From the NCBI RefSeq assembly GCF_022045235.1, contig NW_027266267.1:25668001-25732000 (forward strand): DNA of 64,000 bases. Direction: 5' to 3'. The DNA comes from Haliotis cracherodii (Eukaryota). Positions 52,528-64,000 of this stretch are shown here, one piece after another; the stretch's first letter is position 1, and every line of letters begins with the position of its first letter. The notes beneath the pieces were generated by a model, which saw only the letters and a list, made by a program, of their open reading frames with translations, was not told the DNA's origin and ran no database searches. Made by a program: the position numbers and the translations under genes.

Positions 52528-53945
52528 CTGCATGAAAGTAATGTTTCAAACTGATAGTCTATTAACATAATACTCAAGATACGTAAAGTAAACTGCTGGA
52601 CAAAAGAAAGTCTTATGCTTGAAAAGTTTAAATTTGACCAAACCATTACAGACGTTATCATAACTTCCAGAGACTGAAACCAGTCGCCGAAACGCTTCAA
52701 AGTGGTGGTCAACAAAACAACTATGATATCCGTATCAAAAGAATCTTGTTTGTTTCATCTTTATTCTGCATCAAATGATACTTTCATTTGTCTGGCAGTT
52801 TGTTAATAGACCATGCCTGTGAGCGCACACCATGTGTGTTGTCATACACGTTGCCTTGGACACGTCGATACACCATGCCATATAGTTTACAGGGAGATAC
52901 AGTTCTCTGATACTTCCATAAACTAGACAAATCATAAAAACAGGAAACCCATTCTTCACCAAATGCAATTCACACAAAACACAATAGTACTGCCTTTTAA
53001 TTACGTCGGCATATCGTCTGTGCTTAAAAACCACAAGGTTACTGCCAACTTCCTGAAAGATCCAAGAAAAAAACAAAACCGGAAGGAAGCAACACGTTCT
53101 TGACAGAAGTCACCCAGGTATGACATCTAGCACAGTACAATTGCAAGACATACATTTCATATACCTTACGAGTACATCTATTGCTGAGCATGTGTATAAT
53201 TCTTATCTAAAACTTGACGCACCTCAGTATAGAATTATAACAAATAAAAGGTATCTTCCAAATTTACTTATTGTATTTCAGAGAGACACTTGATTCAAAA
53301 TGCCACATAGCTATTTTCAAAAATTCTCTTAGTTTGATTGGGAACACTGCTTCATGCATCACTCCTCAAAATACAATCCATTTTTATAACCTTAAGATAC
53401 GTCAATTCATCATGCCTGGGTGAGATGTGAGATGTGGCATGTGAGATAACTGTACACTCCTAAAATCAAGGTAAATATTTCTTGAACATTATAATTCAAG
53501 GTCGCATTAGATTATTGTACCCTGTTAATCTGTCTGAAAACGTCCCGGTCTGTTTTCAATTCGTCATCCAGCTTTAATCAGAACACCGTACAAATGTAGC
53601 TCAAGGTCAAGGACGACCGGGGTCAGTGTATGTGTGTCGTATATATGTGTCGTAATATGAATCATTTTGGAAGGCAAGTGCTATCAACACTGTGACCTGC
53701 GCCAAGGTCGTCTGAACATCTTGACACATCGCCCTTGCCGACGATTGATGCTGGTGACAAAAGTTTCTCTTCTTTGCGCTTGTGGTGCCAAAAGTCGAAT
53801 AACGATGACAAACCGTCCGAGAAAAGGAAATCCAATCACTCCACTAAAAGGTCTTTTGAAATAGTTTTTTAGTTTTATTGTTACTTTGACCCAAATAGAA
53901 AGAGTTACGTAACGTAAATCACACAGTTCAGCATCTATTCAAATA

Positions 53946-54073
53946 TTAAGTAAAGGAGAATGTCCGAAAACTCGCCATTAGTTTCGCACGTGTAGCAGGT
54001 TGGAGGCCGTTAGGCCGACAACCTGCTTCACGTGCGAAACTAATGACGAGTTTAAGGACATTCTCCTACTTAA
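53946..54073. repeat. Long imperfect palindrome/hairpin next to the recombinase gene
   Basis: AGGAGAATGTCC..AAACTCG.CATTAGTTTCGCACGTG.AGCAGGTTG...CAACCTGCT.CACGTGCGAAACTAATG.CGAGTTT..GGACATTCTCCT. Confidence 0.85.
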
Positions 54074-54274
54074 AACAAAGCTCTCTCCAAAACTGTCCAC
54101 CAAACTAATGTACTCACATAATTATCGTGCGATACTAATGGAGGTCACGTGTATCATCACTTCCTCGATCAAATGATTATGATCGACTCGATGAAACGGA
54201 GCAATGCACGTGCTAAACTATTGGAGGACCACATGCATACGAGTCGTGGAAATTTTATCCGTATGGGAGACAAC

Positions 54275-56531
54275 ATGTCGGATTGTGGTGATGAATTGTT
54301 CGTGACTCAGAACACATTTTGTAATCAGTCTGATGTGGTTGTGAACTCAGATTTTGAAACATTACTTTATATGGATAACTTTCAAGAAGATTATTGTCGG
54401 AATTTTGAATTAGGCCGGTTATTTTCTGATGAGAACACTGACACTGAGCCGTATAATACAAGTCAGGATAACTTTGATGATAATTGCGACACCGAACTAT
54501 ACTTGGCAAGTCAGATGATAGAAGAATCAGGAATTATTGGCACACGTGTGTCTGAGAGACAGTTAAATTCCGATATAATAGATTCGTTTAAAGGTGACAA
54601 TGAACGTTTTGAGAAAGCCGTACAGGTTACGCAGTTGGGAACCAATCTGGACAATGAAAAGCTTCGGTTCGGTACTCCCCTTTCTGAAACGGATATGGTG
54701 CATTTGTGCGATTCGGCACACTCTGTGAACACTGAACATAAGAGTAGATGGGCTTTGAATATTTTCAAGAATTGGGTTGTTGAGAGGCAAAAACGCAATA
54801 ATAATGAAATTCCAATAGCAAATCAAAACATAGTGTCGTTAGCTGAAAACGAAAATGATCTGAACAGAACATTGATGTTATTTCTGTCGGAAGTTCGAAA
54901 CCAAAAGCGTGAAGACTACCGCGGCAACACTCTGTACGAAATTGTGTCTTCTCTTCAGTATTACTTAAGAAGGAATGGGGTTGTCGTCAATTTCTTTGAG
55001 TCATCTTGTTACACCGGTATGCGATCCGTTCTTGATGCAAAGATGAAATTACTAGCTCGAAAAGGGATAGGGGTTGAAAAACGACAAGCGGATGTCATCA
55101 CTGAACAGCAGGAAGATGTACTTTGGGAAACAGGTAAACTCGGAGAAGATACACCACAGAAGCTCTTGGACACCCTCGTCTATTTAATCGGGTTGAACTT
55201 TGCTCTTAGGGCAGGAGATGAACACAGATACCTACACAGTGGTTCAAATTCGCAGTTACAGTTGTTGATGTCAAGCAATGGCGTCAAACAATTGAAATAT
55301 ACTGAGGACATTTCCAAAACGAACAGAGGGGGGCTGAAGCACAGGAAGGTTGAAAGGAAACACGTGACCATCTCTAGTAATGAGGAAAACCCTGGAAGAT
55401 GCCTCGTCAGACTCTACGAAAAGTATATGTCATTAAGGTAAATATAATTCTCTCACAAGTTCACAACTAATATTGTGAAAAGGAAGAAGTAAGTCTCATG
55501 CGACGTTTCTGTCTGCGACTTCTACCTGTCTGGGTAACGTAATGTGCACCCGATTAACATATTTTGGATGACTTTACCTAACGTTTTAATGTTCTTATGC
55601 ACTATGTACTGTGTACGGTCAGCTGCATGAGTTGATGACAGTTCACTTTGTTTTCAGACCAGTACATGGAAAGTGCGACGCCTTCTATTTGCGCCCCTTA
55701 CGATACACTGCAGGCAAGGTTTGGTTTGCTGATGCGGCCGTTGGGATTCATCCACTCCGGTCAACTGTCAGCCGTCTCTGTAAGGCCGCTGGGTTCAGCG
55801 GATTTTACACAAATCATTCCCTCAGAGCTACAACAGCAACTCGGCTTTACGACAGCGGAGTAGACGAACAGCTAATTGCCGAGAAGACGGGACATAAATC
55901 GGTTGCAATTCGAAGTTACAAGGTATAAACTTTACCTATACGTATGTGTATTTCCCACAATTCTTAAATGTGGTATATGGCGTTTTCTAATCTGCTTGTA
56001 GTTGCAGTTCCGTGGATGTTAGAGGACGCGATAATGCATTTTGGCAATCGCCAGACTTCGGATCAACATCCCCGGGGTTCGAATCCCAAATAATATTGCC
56101 ATATATCCAGTGGTCACACCCAGTGTCAGTATACAATATATATCTTGGAGCTGCTATTTTTTGCGTTACAAGCCCCTTTTGTACTACTAAAACTAAGATG
56201 ACGAGGAAATAAAAGTTGCATTTTGATATAATGCAAAATTAAATGTTTATGTGATATAATCAAGCAAAATAAGCTTTTCTTTTATCAGAGGACGTCCAAG
56301 GAAATGGCGGATACAGTAGACTCAATCGTGCAGAGAAAATCAAGACGTCCCAGTGCTTCTGTAACTGGTCCCCCTGTTATAGACGCCGCAACCTTTGATC
56401 CGCCAGGCAATCAACCATCGACAAGACCGACGCTGGGCCCATCAAAAGGGGAACAGGCTCCCTACACAAGTGACAGACGCGATTTCACAATGAAACTTGG
56501 TGACGGCACAACATTTTCTGTGAAATTTTGA
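54275..56531 (+). CDS. Crypton-like tyrosine recombinase (DUF3504/ZMYM-QRICH1-KIAA1958-related), ~556 aa
   Basis: Exons 54275-55437, 55658-55922, 56289-56531 (GT-AG, frame continuous). Motifs FLSEVRNQKREDY, NFALRAGDEH, SKTNRGG, NHSLRATTATRL, KTGHKS and RSYK|RTS give catalytic R-K-H-x-x-R-H-Y. The start codon is uncertain (alternatives upstream, e.g. 54263). Confidence 0.85.
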
Positions 56532-56922
56532 ATTTGTGTTCAGCATAAATATTTGTGAAATCATTTGTTTTGTTGTCTTTGTCTTATAATATACGTACAC
56601 TGTCAGTTTGTCTCTCCAGAAACGAACCTACCACCTGCATGGGTACGGTTGACCCTGTTGAATGAAAACGCAGAGCTTGTGCGTTATTAATGTACTGTAA
56701 ATTATTCAACTAATGGAGGTTGAACTATTGGAGGTTATCTGTAAATTATCTCAGTAATGGAGGATGTCGTCCACTATTGGAGACCTCCTAAAATGACTAA
56801 TGTTCGTGTAACTTTGTTTTAATTTCAGAGATTGGCCTATACAACTATTGTCTGGACAGAAACAATATTGACAAAAGCGCTCCATGTTGAATGTAAGCTG
56901 ACGGGCAAAAGAAAGTATACAC

Positions 56923-57326
56923 TGGGGCTGGGACGGGTAACTCGGGTACCCGGGTCGGGTGGGTACTGAGTAGAACCCGGGTACCCACAGGACTACCCGG
57001 ACCCATGGTTAGTCACGTGATATATTGTTTAATGACAAAAAATTATCTAGAACTCTATGGTTACACTACAAGTCACTAATGTTCGCATTTATTTCTGACT
57101 ATGCACCCATTCCTGCTCATTTTCCATATGGTTGAATAAAGATATAAATTAATTCAAATTCAGTAAACTAGATTGTTTAATATCAGTATATAAATACGTT
57201 TTGCCAGGGCTGTGCTAAAAATGTTCCCAATCGGACATTTTGAGAAATCTCCTGATACCTACAGTGGGTACCCGGGTAGGGTGTGGTAAAAGGTGGGTGG
57301 GTACCCGGGTAGTAAATACAGCCCTA
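56923..57326. mobile_element. hAT-like MITE
   Basis: Ends TGGGGCTG...CAGCCCTA, with subterminal GGGTACCCGGGT repeats; flanks gtatacac/gaatgcac match 6/8, a possible 8-bp TSD. Confidence 0.55.
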
Positions 57327-57599
57327 GAATGCACTTAAAAGTTTGATATGAAATTCGGTTGTCATGTTTGAAGCCCATGACCCCCGTCGTGATGTTGCTG
57401 GGAAATCCAAGAAACATAATCCGGGGGAACAGGATTCGAACGATGACAGCATTCTGGGCGTGCCCAAGGACCCGTAACGACTGATCTGCCACACGGGTTG
57501 CCCAGTCGTCTAAGGCGTCCCTTTTTCCACCCAGATCGGATAACATTTCTTTCGTTATTGAATTGCTACCACACGCCAAGATTGACAAGAAATCAGCGA

Positions 57600-57832
57600 C
57601 ACTAAGCCTTTGGACGATTGCAGCTTGGCAAACCGCCCGGCAAGTAGCCAATGCATTTCAAGTCCACGTAAGGACCAAATACAGGCTCCAGCAACTGTAC
57701 CAGACCACCGACACCACAGATGACAGACCACGCAGTAGAAGACCAAAGGTCACCATCCGACGTCAGGATCGTCAGATTGTGCGACAGCATCTTCAAGATC
57801 GCTCTGCTGCTGCGGAAACTATTCGGTTATGA
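57600..57832 (+). mobile_element. Tc1-like transposase N-terminal HTH fragment
   Basis: TARQVANAFQVHVRT.YRLQQLYQTT.TTDDRPRS.RPKVT.RRQDRQIVRQHLQDR is typical of Tc1 N-termini; no DDE domain. Confidence 0.75.
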
Positions 57833-57849
57833 ATAAAATACCACACACA

Positions 57850-57943
57850 TTCTCGTTAGATACCATTTTTACGAAACTCGCTTTCGCTCGGTCAGATACC
57901 ATAGAAACTCCACTCGTTTCGTAAAAATGGTATCTAACGAGAA
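57850..57943. repeat. Hairpin with 28-bp perfect arms
   Basis: TTCTCGTTAGATACCATTTTTACGAAAC ... GTTTCGTAAAAATGGTATCTAACGAGAA. Confidence 0.85.
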
Positions 57944-58539
57944 GTAGTAGTAGTATTCTCTATTTATTTCAGCTCTATGACGGCGGCCTGTAAATCTTGG
58001 TTTGGACAAGACACTCCATTAACCTAGTCACCGAGTATGACCACCAGAAGGATCCATTCATTCACCACTTGGGGCTAACATCGGCTGCTGTCAACCAGGT
58101 CCGACATGTAACCCCCATGGGTGTGTCTTTAAAACACTTTCATGTTTTTAACTTTTGAATAAGTATACCAAACTGCTAATGAATATGAAAGACATAATTT
58201 TATCTACTTTGGGAATTATTTTCCCAACATGAGAAAGATTTCGTCAGTAAGATGAGATGTAACTGTTGACACTTGGTGAAACATACATCTTTGATCCTGC
58301 ACAACATTTGTTTCTCGAGAAATTCAGCATTTTGTCCCCCATTTTTGCCAAGCATCTGTATTTGAAGGTAATGTTAATCCAACACCAAGTGATCGACGAT
58401 AAAAAGGCGATTTCAGTCATTTAAACATATCCGGCAACATCAGTAGAATGATGAAATACAAAGATATCTGTCATTTTATCAAAGGCCCAGAAAGGGTCCT
58501 CGGGACAAACTCGAGTTTGCAATCAAATAAACCTCTGAT

Positions 58540-59375
58540 AAAGAAGATTCTATTCTGGCTAGGTCTTTGTATTTTAAGTGATCGTATACGTCTTTCGTCT
58601 AGATGTTGCTGGCCATGGGTTCGTGAGGAAGAAAATGTGGAACCTAATTTTGACATAAAAATACATGGTTTGTTTTCACGATTATTTCCAGCAGTAATTT
58701 TGAAAAACAGACATGCACAATTTATAGGTGACAACATTCAGAGTTGCAGTTATGACACAATTAAAAGTTTTTGGCAATATATTTTCAAACATAATGGAAA
58801 TTACGCACTATAGTTAAAGCTTCCTGTTTCGTGTATTCATTTCTTCAGATTGACAACTCACTAACGCCGCACTCAGCAATATTCCAGCTATATGACGGCG
58901 CTCTGTAACTAATCGAGTCTGGACCAGATAATCCAATGGTTGACATCATGAGCATCGATTCCCGCAATTGGGATACGATGACATGCATCAGCAAAGTCAG
59001 CGAGCCTGACTACCCTATCCCGTTAGTCACCTCTTACAAAAAGCATAGTCGCCTTTTACATGGGTTGCTGAAGTCATATTCTACCCCGGATCTTCACGAG
59101 AACAAGAACGACACACACCGTGCCGCTACACTTAATAAAAGAAACCAACCATTTTAATACTACTGTATCACAGTGTACACAACACAAACATACTATTCAT
59201 AAGCTTCAATATATTTACTACAGAGACACATGGCATTAAAACATTTTTCAGACCTATCACCGCTAATGTAATGATTGTAATTGTTAGATATAATGCCTGA
59301 TTAATTGAAAGTAGACATGTATGCTAGAATGTTATGAAATATTGTTTTGATTGAGTACGAACCAACGAAAGAAAA
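58540..59375 (+). repeat. ~0.85-kb local direct duplication (second copy ~61495-62340) including a SINE
   Basis: Collinear similarity starting at ATTCTATTCTGGCTAGGTC in both copies. Confidence 0.8.
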
Positions 59376-59699
59376 AGAAGTAAGGATAAAATTGATGGAC
59401 GAACAACTTCTTCATTACAATTAACAGCTTTATCGAAAATTATATGCATGGATCACTGAACATCGATGATGATACCAGGTTAGAAGGGTAATCGTGTCCT
59501 GTTCTACAAGCAGAACCCACTCACACACTTTCATAAGAAGAGTAAGTGTTTGCTTGTTTGTTGCCTAGCATCTCACTGAGCAATACTCCAGCAAAATGAC
59601 GGCGGCTTAAAAAAAAATTAAGACCATCTAATCCAGTGATTGATTTAGTATTAGGAAAAGGTAAAGTAATTATGGCTCTGCGACCTTTGGAAAATAGGC

Positions 59700-59780
59700 T
59701 AATTTGAGGAGAGTGCAGTGATCAAAGTTCTTGCAGAAAAAGGGTTCAACACCAAAAGCCATTCATGGAGATATGAGTAC
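59700..59780 (+). mobile_element. mariner-like transposase N-terminal fragment (frameshifted)
   Basis: With one frameshift it reads AVIK/FLQKKGSTPKAIHGDM. Confidence 0.45.
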
Positions 59781-61115
59781 TAGACTAGTATGCCGGGCTG
59801 TTTGTCTGGGACATCTGTCTTTCAAACACAGAAGTCCATCAGTGGGTCCATAACACTTCATTCTGTGACCTTAATATATCCAGACATTGTAAAACAGTAA
59901 TGCCCAGACGGCATACTGGCGGCAATACATCCTGCCTAGCGGCTATGCGAGGGTCAGGACCCGACCAACAGGAAGCGTTCTTTATAATCCACGTGGTGAA
60001 GATACAGGTAGTAAGATACTAAAATTAGTAAGATACAAACGTGTGTCGTACAAGGTTGACCTCGTTTTATTTGTTTTCATTGGATAACTGTGACCTCTGT
60101 CACACCGGAACTACTTTTTTCATTCACAAAAAAATCGCGAGACGTCATTCGCTTTCTCAACTACCATTCGTGACCAACACGTGTTATTCCAGGACAAGCC
60201 GAATAGCGACTCGTGCCCCTCTCATTGCCATCTTTGCGACTGGGTTCCGTCTTAGCGCAAACAATTGTCAACTCGTTGCGTAATGGTTCACATATATTTC
60301 CCCTTATATTATATATATTTCAGATGAAATTTAATGCACATCGGGACGTGCGGAATTATACAGTATGATTGAACACATTTAACTGTGTCTTGGGTATATT
60401 TTTAGATGATAGACATATGTAAAATCAAAAGTTATTTCTGAGGTATTATTTGACAAAGAACTCGAAATCATACGCGCATTCTGATTGGTTTGTCGTATTT
60501 TCGCACATAACATTCATCGATATGGGGACGAGTCTTCTTGCAGGTTACGGAAAGGGGCGAGTGGTGACGAATGTCTCAACTACAAAGCAGAACTAAAGGA
60601 ATCTCACGAAAACGAGAGACACTTACACACACTTTATTAAACCAAATAAGATCGTCACAAGCATTAAATTCGCTTTGCATTCTATATTAGGTATGCATAG
60701 AGCTACTGCAGACATTATATAATCGAGCCATGCATATCCGTATGCACTGTCTACCTACGGATCGAGGGTTCCAATGAGGGTGACGCACCCGACCACTTTC
60801 GCGACTTTCAATTGGATTTATCGTAAAAGGGTAAGCGTAGTGAAATGAAGTCAGCTTAAACTATCTGTACAGATATCAAGACTTACGTTCGATGCTCCGG
60901 TTGTGCCATCAGTGTCGCAATTCGTAGCGTATTTTGTGACATTGCTTCCGTAGGTGTTTGTTCATGAATGAACATACACGACTGCACGACCAGGTCACTA
61001 AAGGTGAACATTTCCGATACCAATCATTCGAAAACTCCATAGAAGTGCGCCTGACTTCTGATTATGTGATCCAAAACATCCCAAATGTGAACAATAACAT
61101 TCCCTATCTCTAGCG

Positions 61116-61395
61116 GGGGGCACGGGTGGCCCAGTTGTCAAAGGCGCCGCGATTCGCTGTGCAGAGTTGCGTCCCTTGGGCACGCCAGAAACCTATGATT
61201 GTGGGTTCGAATCCCGGTTCGCCCCGATTATGATTCTAGGTTTGTCATCACTATACCCGTGCTCGTGGGTTTCACCGAAGTAGTAAACGTCTGAGACCTG
61301 CATCACTTAGGGCTTTCCTCCCACATTAAGCTGACACTCCGTGATATAACTGGAATACTGTTAAAAGCGGCGTTAAACCTAACTCACTCACTCAC
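61116..61395 (+). mobile_element. SINE family 1, full length
   Basis: Complete head and tail; CTATCTCTAGCG occurs on both sides, consistent with a target-site duplication. Confidence 0.85.
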
Positions 61396-63093
61396 ACTAT
61401 CTCTAGCGTGAAACGGTTGTCTTTTCTTATTCCGGTGGTGACCTTGCCCTTCGCTCGGAGCTGTCACTAACATGCAAACAGACTGCAATCTCTGACAAAG
61501 AAAATTCTATTCTGGCTAGGTCGTTGTATTTTAAGGGATCGTATACGTCTTTCGGCAAGATGTTGCTGGGTTAGTGTGGAAGAAATTGTACATGTGGAAC
61601 CTAATATTGACACACAATTATTGCCAGTAGTATGCACAATTTATAGGTGACAACATTCAGAGTTGCAGTTACGACACAATTAAAAGTTTTTGGCAATATA
61701 TTTTAGGGAGAAAACATAATAGAAATCACACACTATAGTTAAAGCTTACTGTTTCCTTTCTTCAGATTGATAACACACTAACGCCGCACTCAGCAATATT
61801 CCAGCTATATGACCGCGGTCTGTAAATAATCGAGTCTGGAACAGACAATCCAATGGTTGACATCATGAGCATCGATCCACACAATTGGGATACGATGACA
61901 TGCATCAGCAAAGTCAGCGAGCCTGACCACCCGATCCCGTTAGTCACCTCTTACGACAAGCATAGTCGCCTTTTACAGCAAGCATGAGTTGCTGAAGTCA
62001 TATTCTACCCCGGATGTTCACGCGAACAAGAACGACACACACCATGCCGCTACACTTAATAAAGGAAACCAACCATGAGAAAAGGCACCTTAAGGTATTG
62101 TGGCTTATTTTATTTTAATACTACAGTATCACAGTGTACAGAACACAAACATACCATTCATAAGCTTCAATATATTTACTACAGAGACACATGGCATCAA
62201 ACATTTTTCAGACCTATCACTGCTAATGTAATGATTGTATTTGTTGGATATGATGCCTGATTAATTGAAAGTGGACATGTATGCTAGAATGTTATGACAT
62301 ATTGTTTTTATTGAAGTACGAACCAACGAAAGAAAAGCCTCTTACGACAAGCATAGTCGCCTTTTACAGCAAGCATGGGTTGCTAAAGACATATTCTACC
62401 CGGATCTTCACGAGACCAAAAACGACACATACCATGCCGCTACACTTAATAAAAGAAATGAATTGCTTGCAGTTCGAAATTATTTACTCATATGACCCAC
62501 TGCGGTAGGGCTCGTTTAGTTTCCATTATGTGGTCTAATGTTACCCTGCCTGGCGCTCGGCAGTTAGAAAATACAAGGACCTGTCGTCTCAGCGTCACTG
62601 TACTGAGTTGGGTGAACACGTTACACTTAGGCGTGGTTTGTCATGGTAACCCGCGACCTGTCGCTCCCCGGGCAGAGTCAATGGCCACAAGACCCCGGAT
62701 AACCCGTGTGTGATAATGACAATGTGACCTTGACCTACATGTACCTTCCGAGTACCGAACGACCATGAACTTTTCCAAGGCATTCAACTTTATTCATGAG
62801 AAATAGTACCTTAATAGTACACTGCGATCTCTAGAAGTATTACGTCACCAAACTCATACATAACTTACACGTCATAGCAATTATTTTGAACCAGTCGACA
62901 TCAATTCAAACAGCGCATTAATGTCAGTGTTAGGTGTTGAGTACAAGGGCGTGTGACAATGAAAAAGACAACCTTGCAAGTTAAACAGTGGGATGAAATG
63001 AGGAATGGACAGATAAAATAATGGATAGTAGAAAGACATACAATTTGAAGGGTTTAGGATGTAAATCTATAACCTTTTTATTAATGTAGTGTC

Positions 63094-63990
63094 AGTGAGT
63101 GAGTGAGTTTGGTTTAACGCCGCTTTTAACAGTATTCCAGTTATATCGCGGCGTGTCAGCTTAATGTGGGAGAAAAGCCCGAAGTGGATCGTTTACCTAG
63201 AAAAGATTATGAGTGAGTGAGTGAGTTGGGTTTAACGCCGCTTTTAACAGTATTACAGCTATATTATGGCGTGTCAGCTTAATTTGGGAGAAAAGCCCGA
63301 AGTGATGCAGGTCTCAGACGTTTACCACGAAACCCACGAGCACGGGTATGGTGCTGATAAACCTAGAATCATAATCGGGGCGAACCGGGATTAATTCATT
63401 TCAAAGAAAAAGATTCATTTGTAAGTATCATTACTAAAATGTGGAAAGTTGGAGGACATTCATTTCACGAACCGGGATTCGAACCCATAATCATTGGTTT
63501 CTGGCGAGCCCAAGGGACGCATCACTGTACAGCGAATCGCGGCGCCTAAGACGACTGGGCCATCCGTGCCACCAAGTATTATAATATGTTGTTACATACG
63601 GACATTACTGGACATACAACTTGGGCTTCCGTCATTTACTTCCTCGTACGGTTTGTTTGGCTGTCACAACTTGTTGGATATCCAGTATATTTCATTCAAA
63701 TATCTAAGAGGAGCACGGGTGGCCCAGTCGTCTAAGGCGCCGCGATTCGCTGTGCGTCCCTTATGCACGCCAAAAACCTATGATTGTGGGTTCGAATCCC
63801 GGTTCACCCCGATTATGTTTCTAGGTTTGTCAGCACCATACCCGAGCTCGTGGGTTTCACCGAAGTAGTAAAAGTCTGAGACCTGCATCACTTCGGGCTT
63901 TCCTCCCACATTCAGCTGACACGCCGCGATATAACTGGAATACTGTTAAAAGCGGCGTTAAATCCCCCTCTCACTCACTCACTCACTCAA
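63094..63990. mobile_element. Cluster of SINE family 1 copies (partial and interrupted minus-strand copies 63094-63570; full plus-strand copy 63710-63990)
   Basis: Family homology; the plus-strand copy is flanked by CAAATATCTAAGA on both sides (TSD). Confidence 0.85.
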
Positions 63991-64000
63991 ATATCTAAGA

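Overview
Eukaryotic (animal) genomic DNA: AT-rich, with GT-AG introns and many tRNA-derived SINEs ending in (CACT)n. The repeat and gene content suggest an algae-eating gastropod such as abalone (Haliotis); this is an inference. Bases ~1.5-45.7 kb hold a tandem/inverted cluster of secreted, three-exon clan GH-A glycoside hydrolases most like bacterial GH86 beta-porphyranase/agarase. There are seven full-length loci (four intact: A1, B1, G6, G7; three with lesions: A2, B2, A3) plus several relics, and a GT32-like glycosyltransferase sits inside the cluster. The cluster shows a recent ~12-kb tandem duplication, a chimeric gene, gene-conversion tracts and variable active-site loops. It looks like a bacterial red-algal-galactan enzyme that was horizontally acquired, gained introns and was amplified. 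The right-hand part contains a spliced Crypton-like tyrosine recombinase (DUF3504-like) with intact catalytic residues, hairpins, MITE/foldback elements, Tc1/mariner fragments, minisatellites and SINEs. Two short N gaps lie at equivalent positions in the duplicated units.
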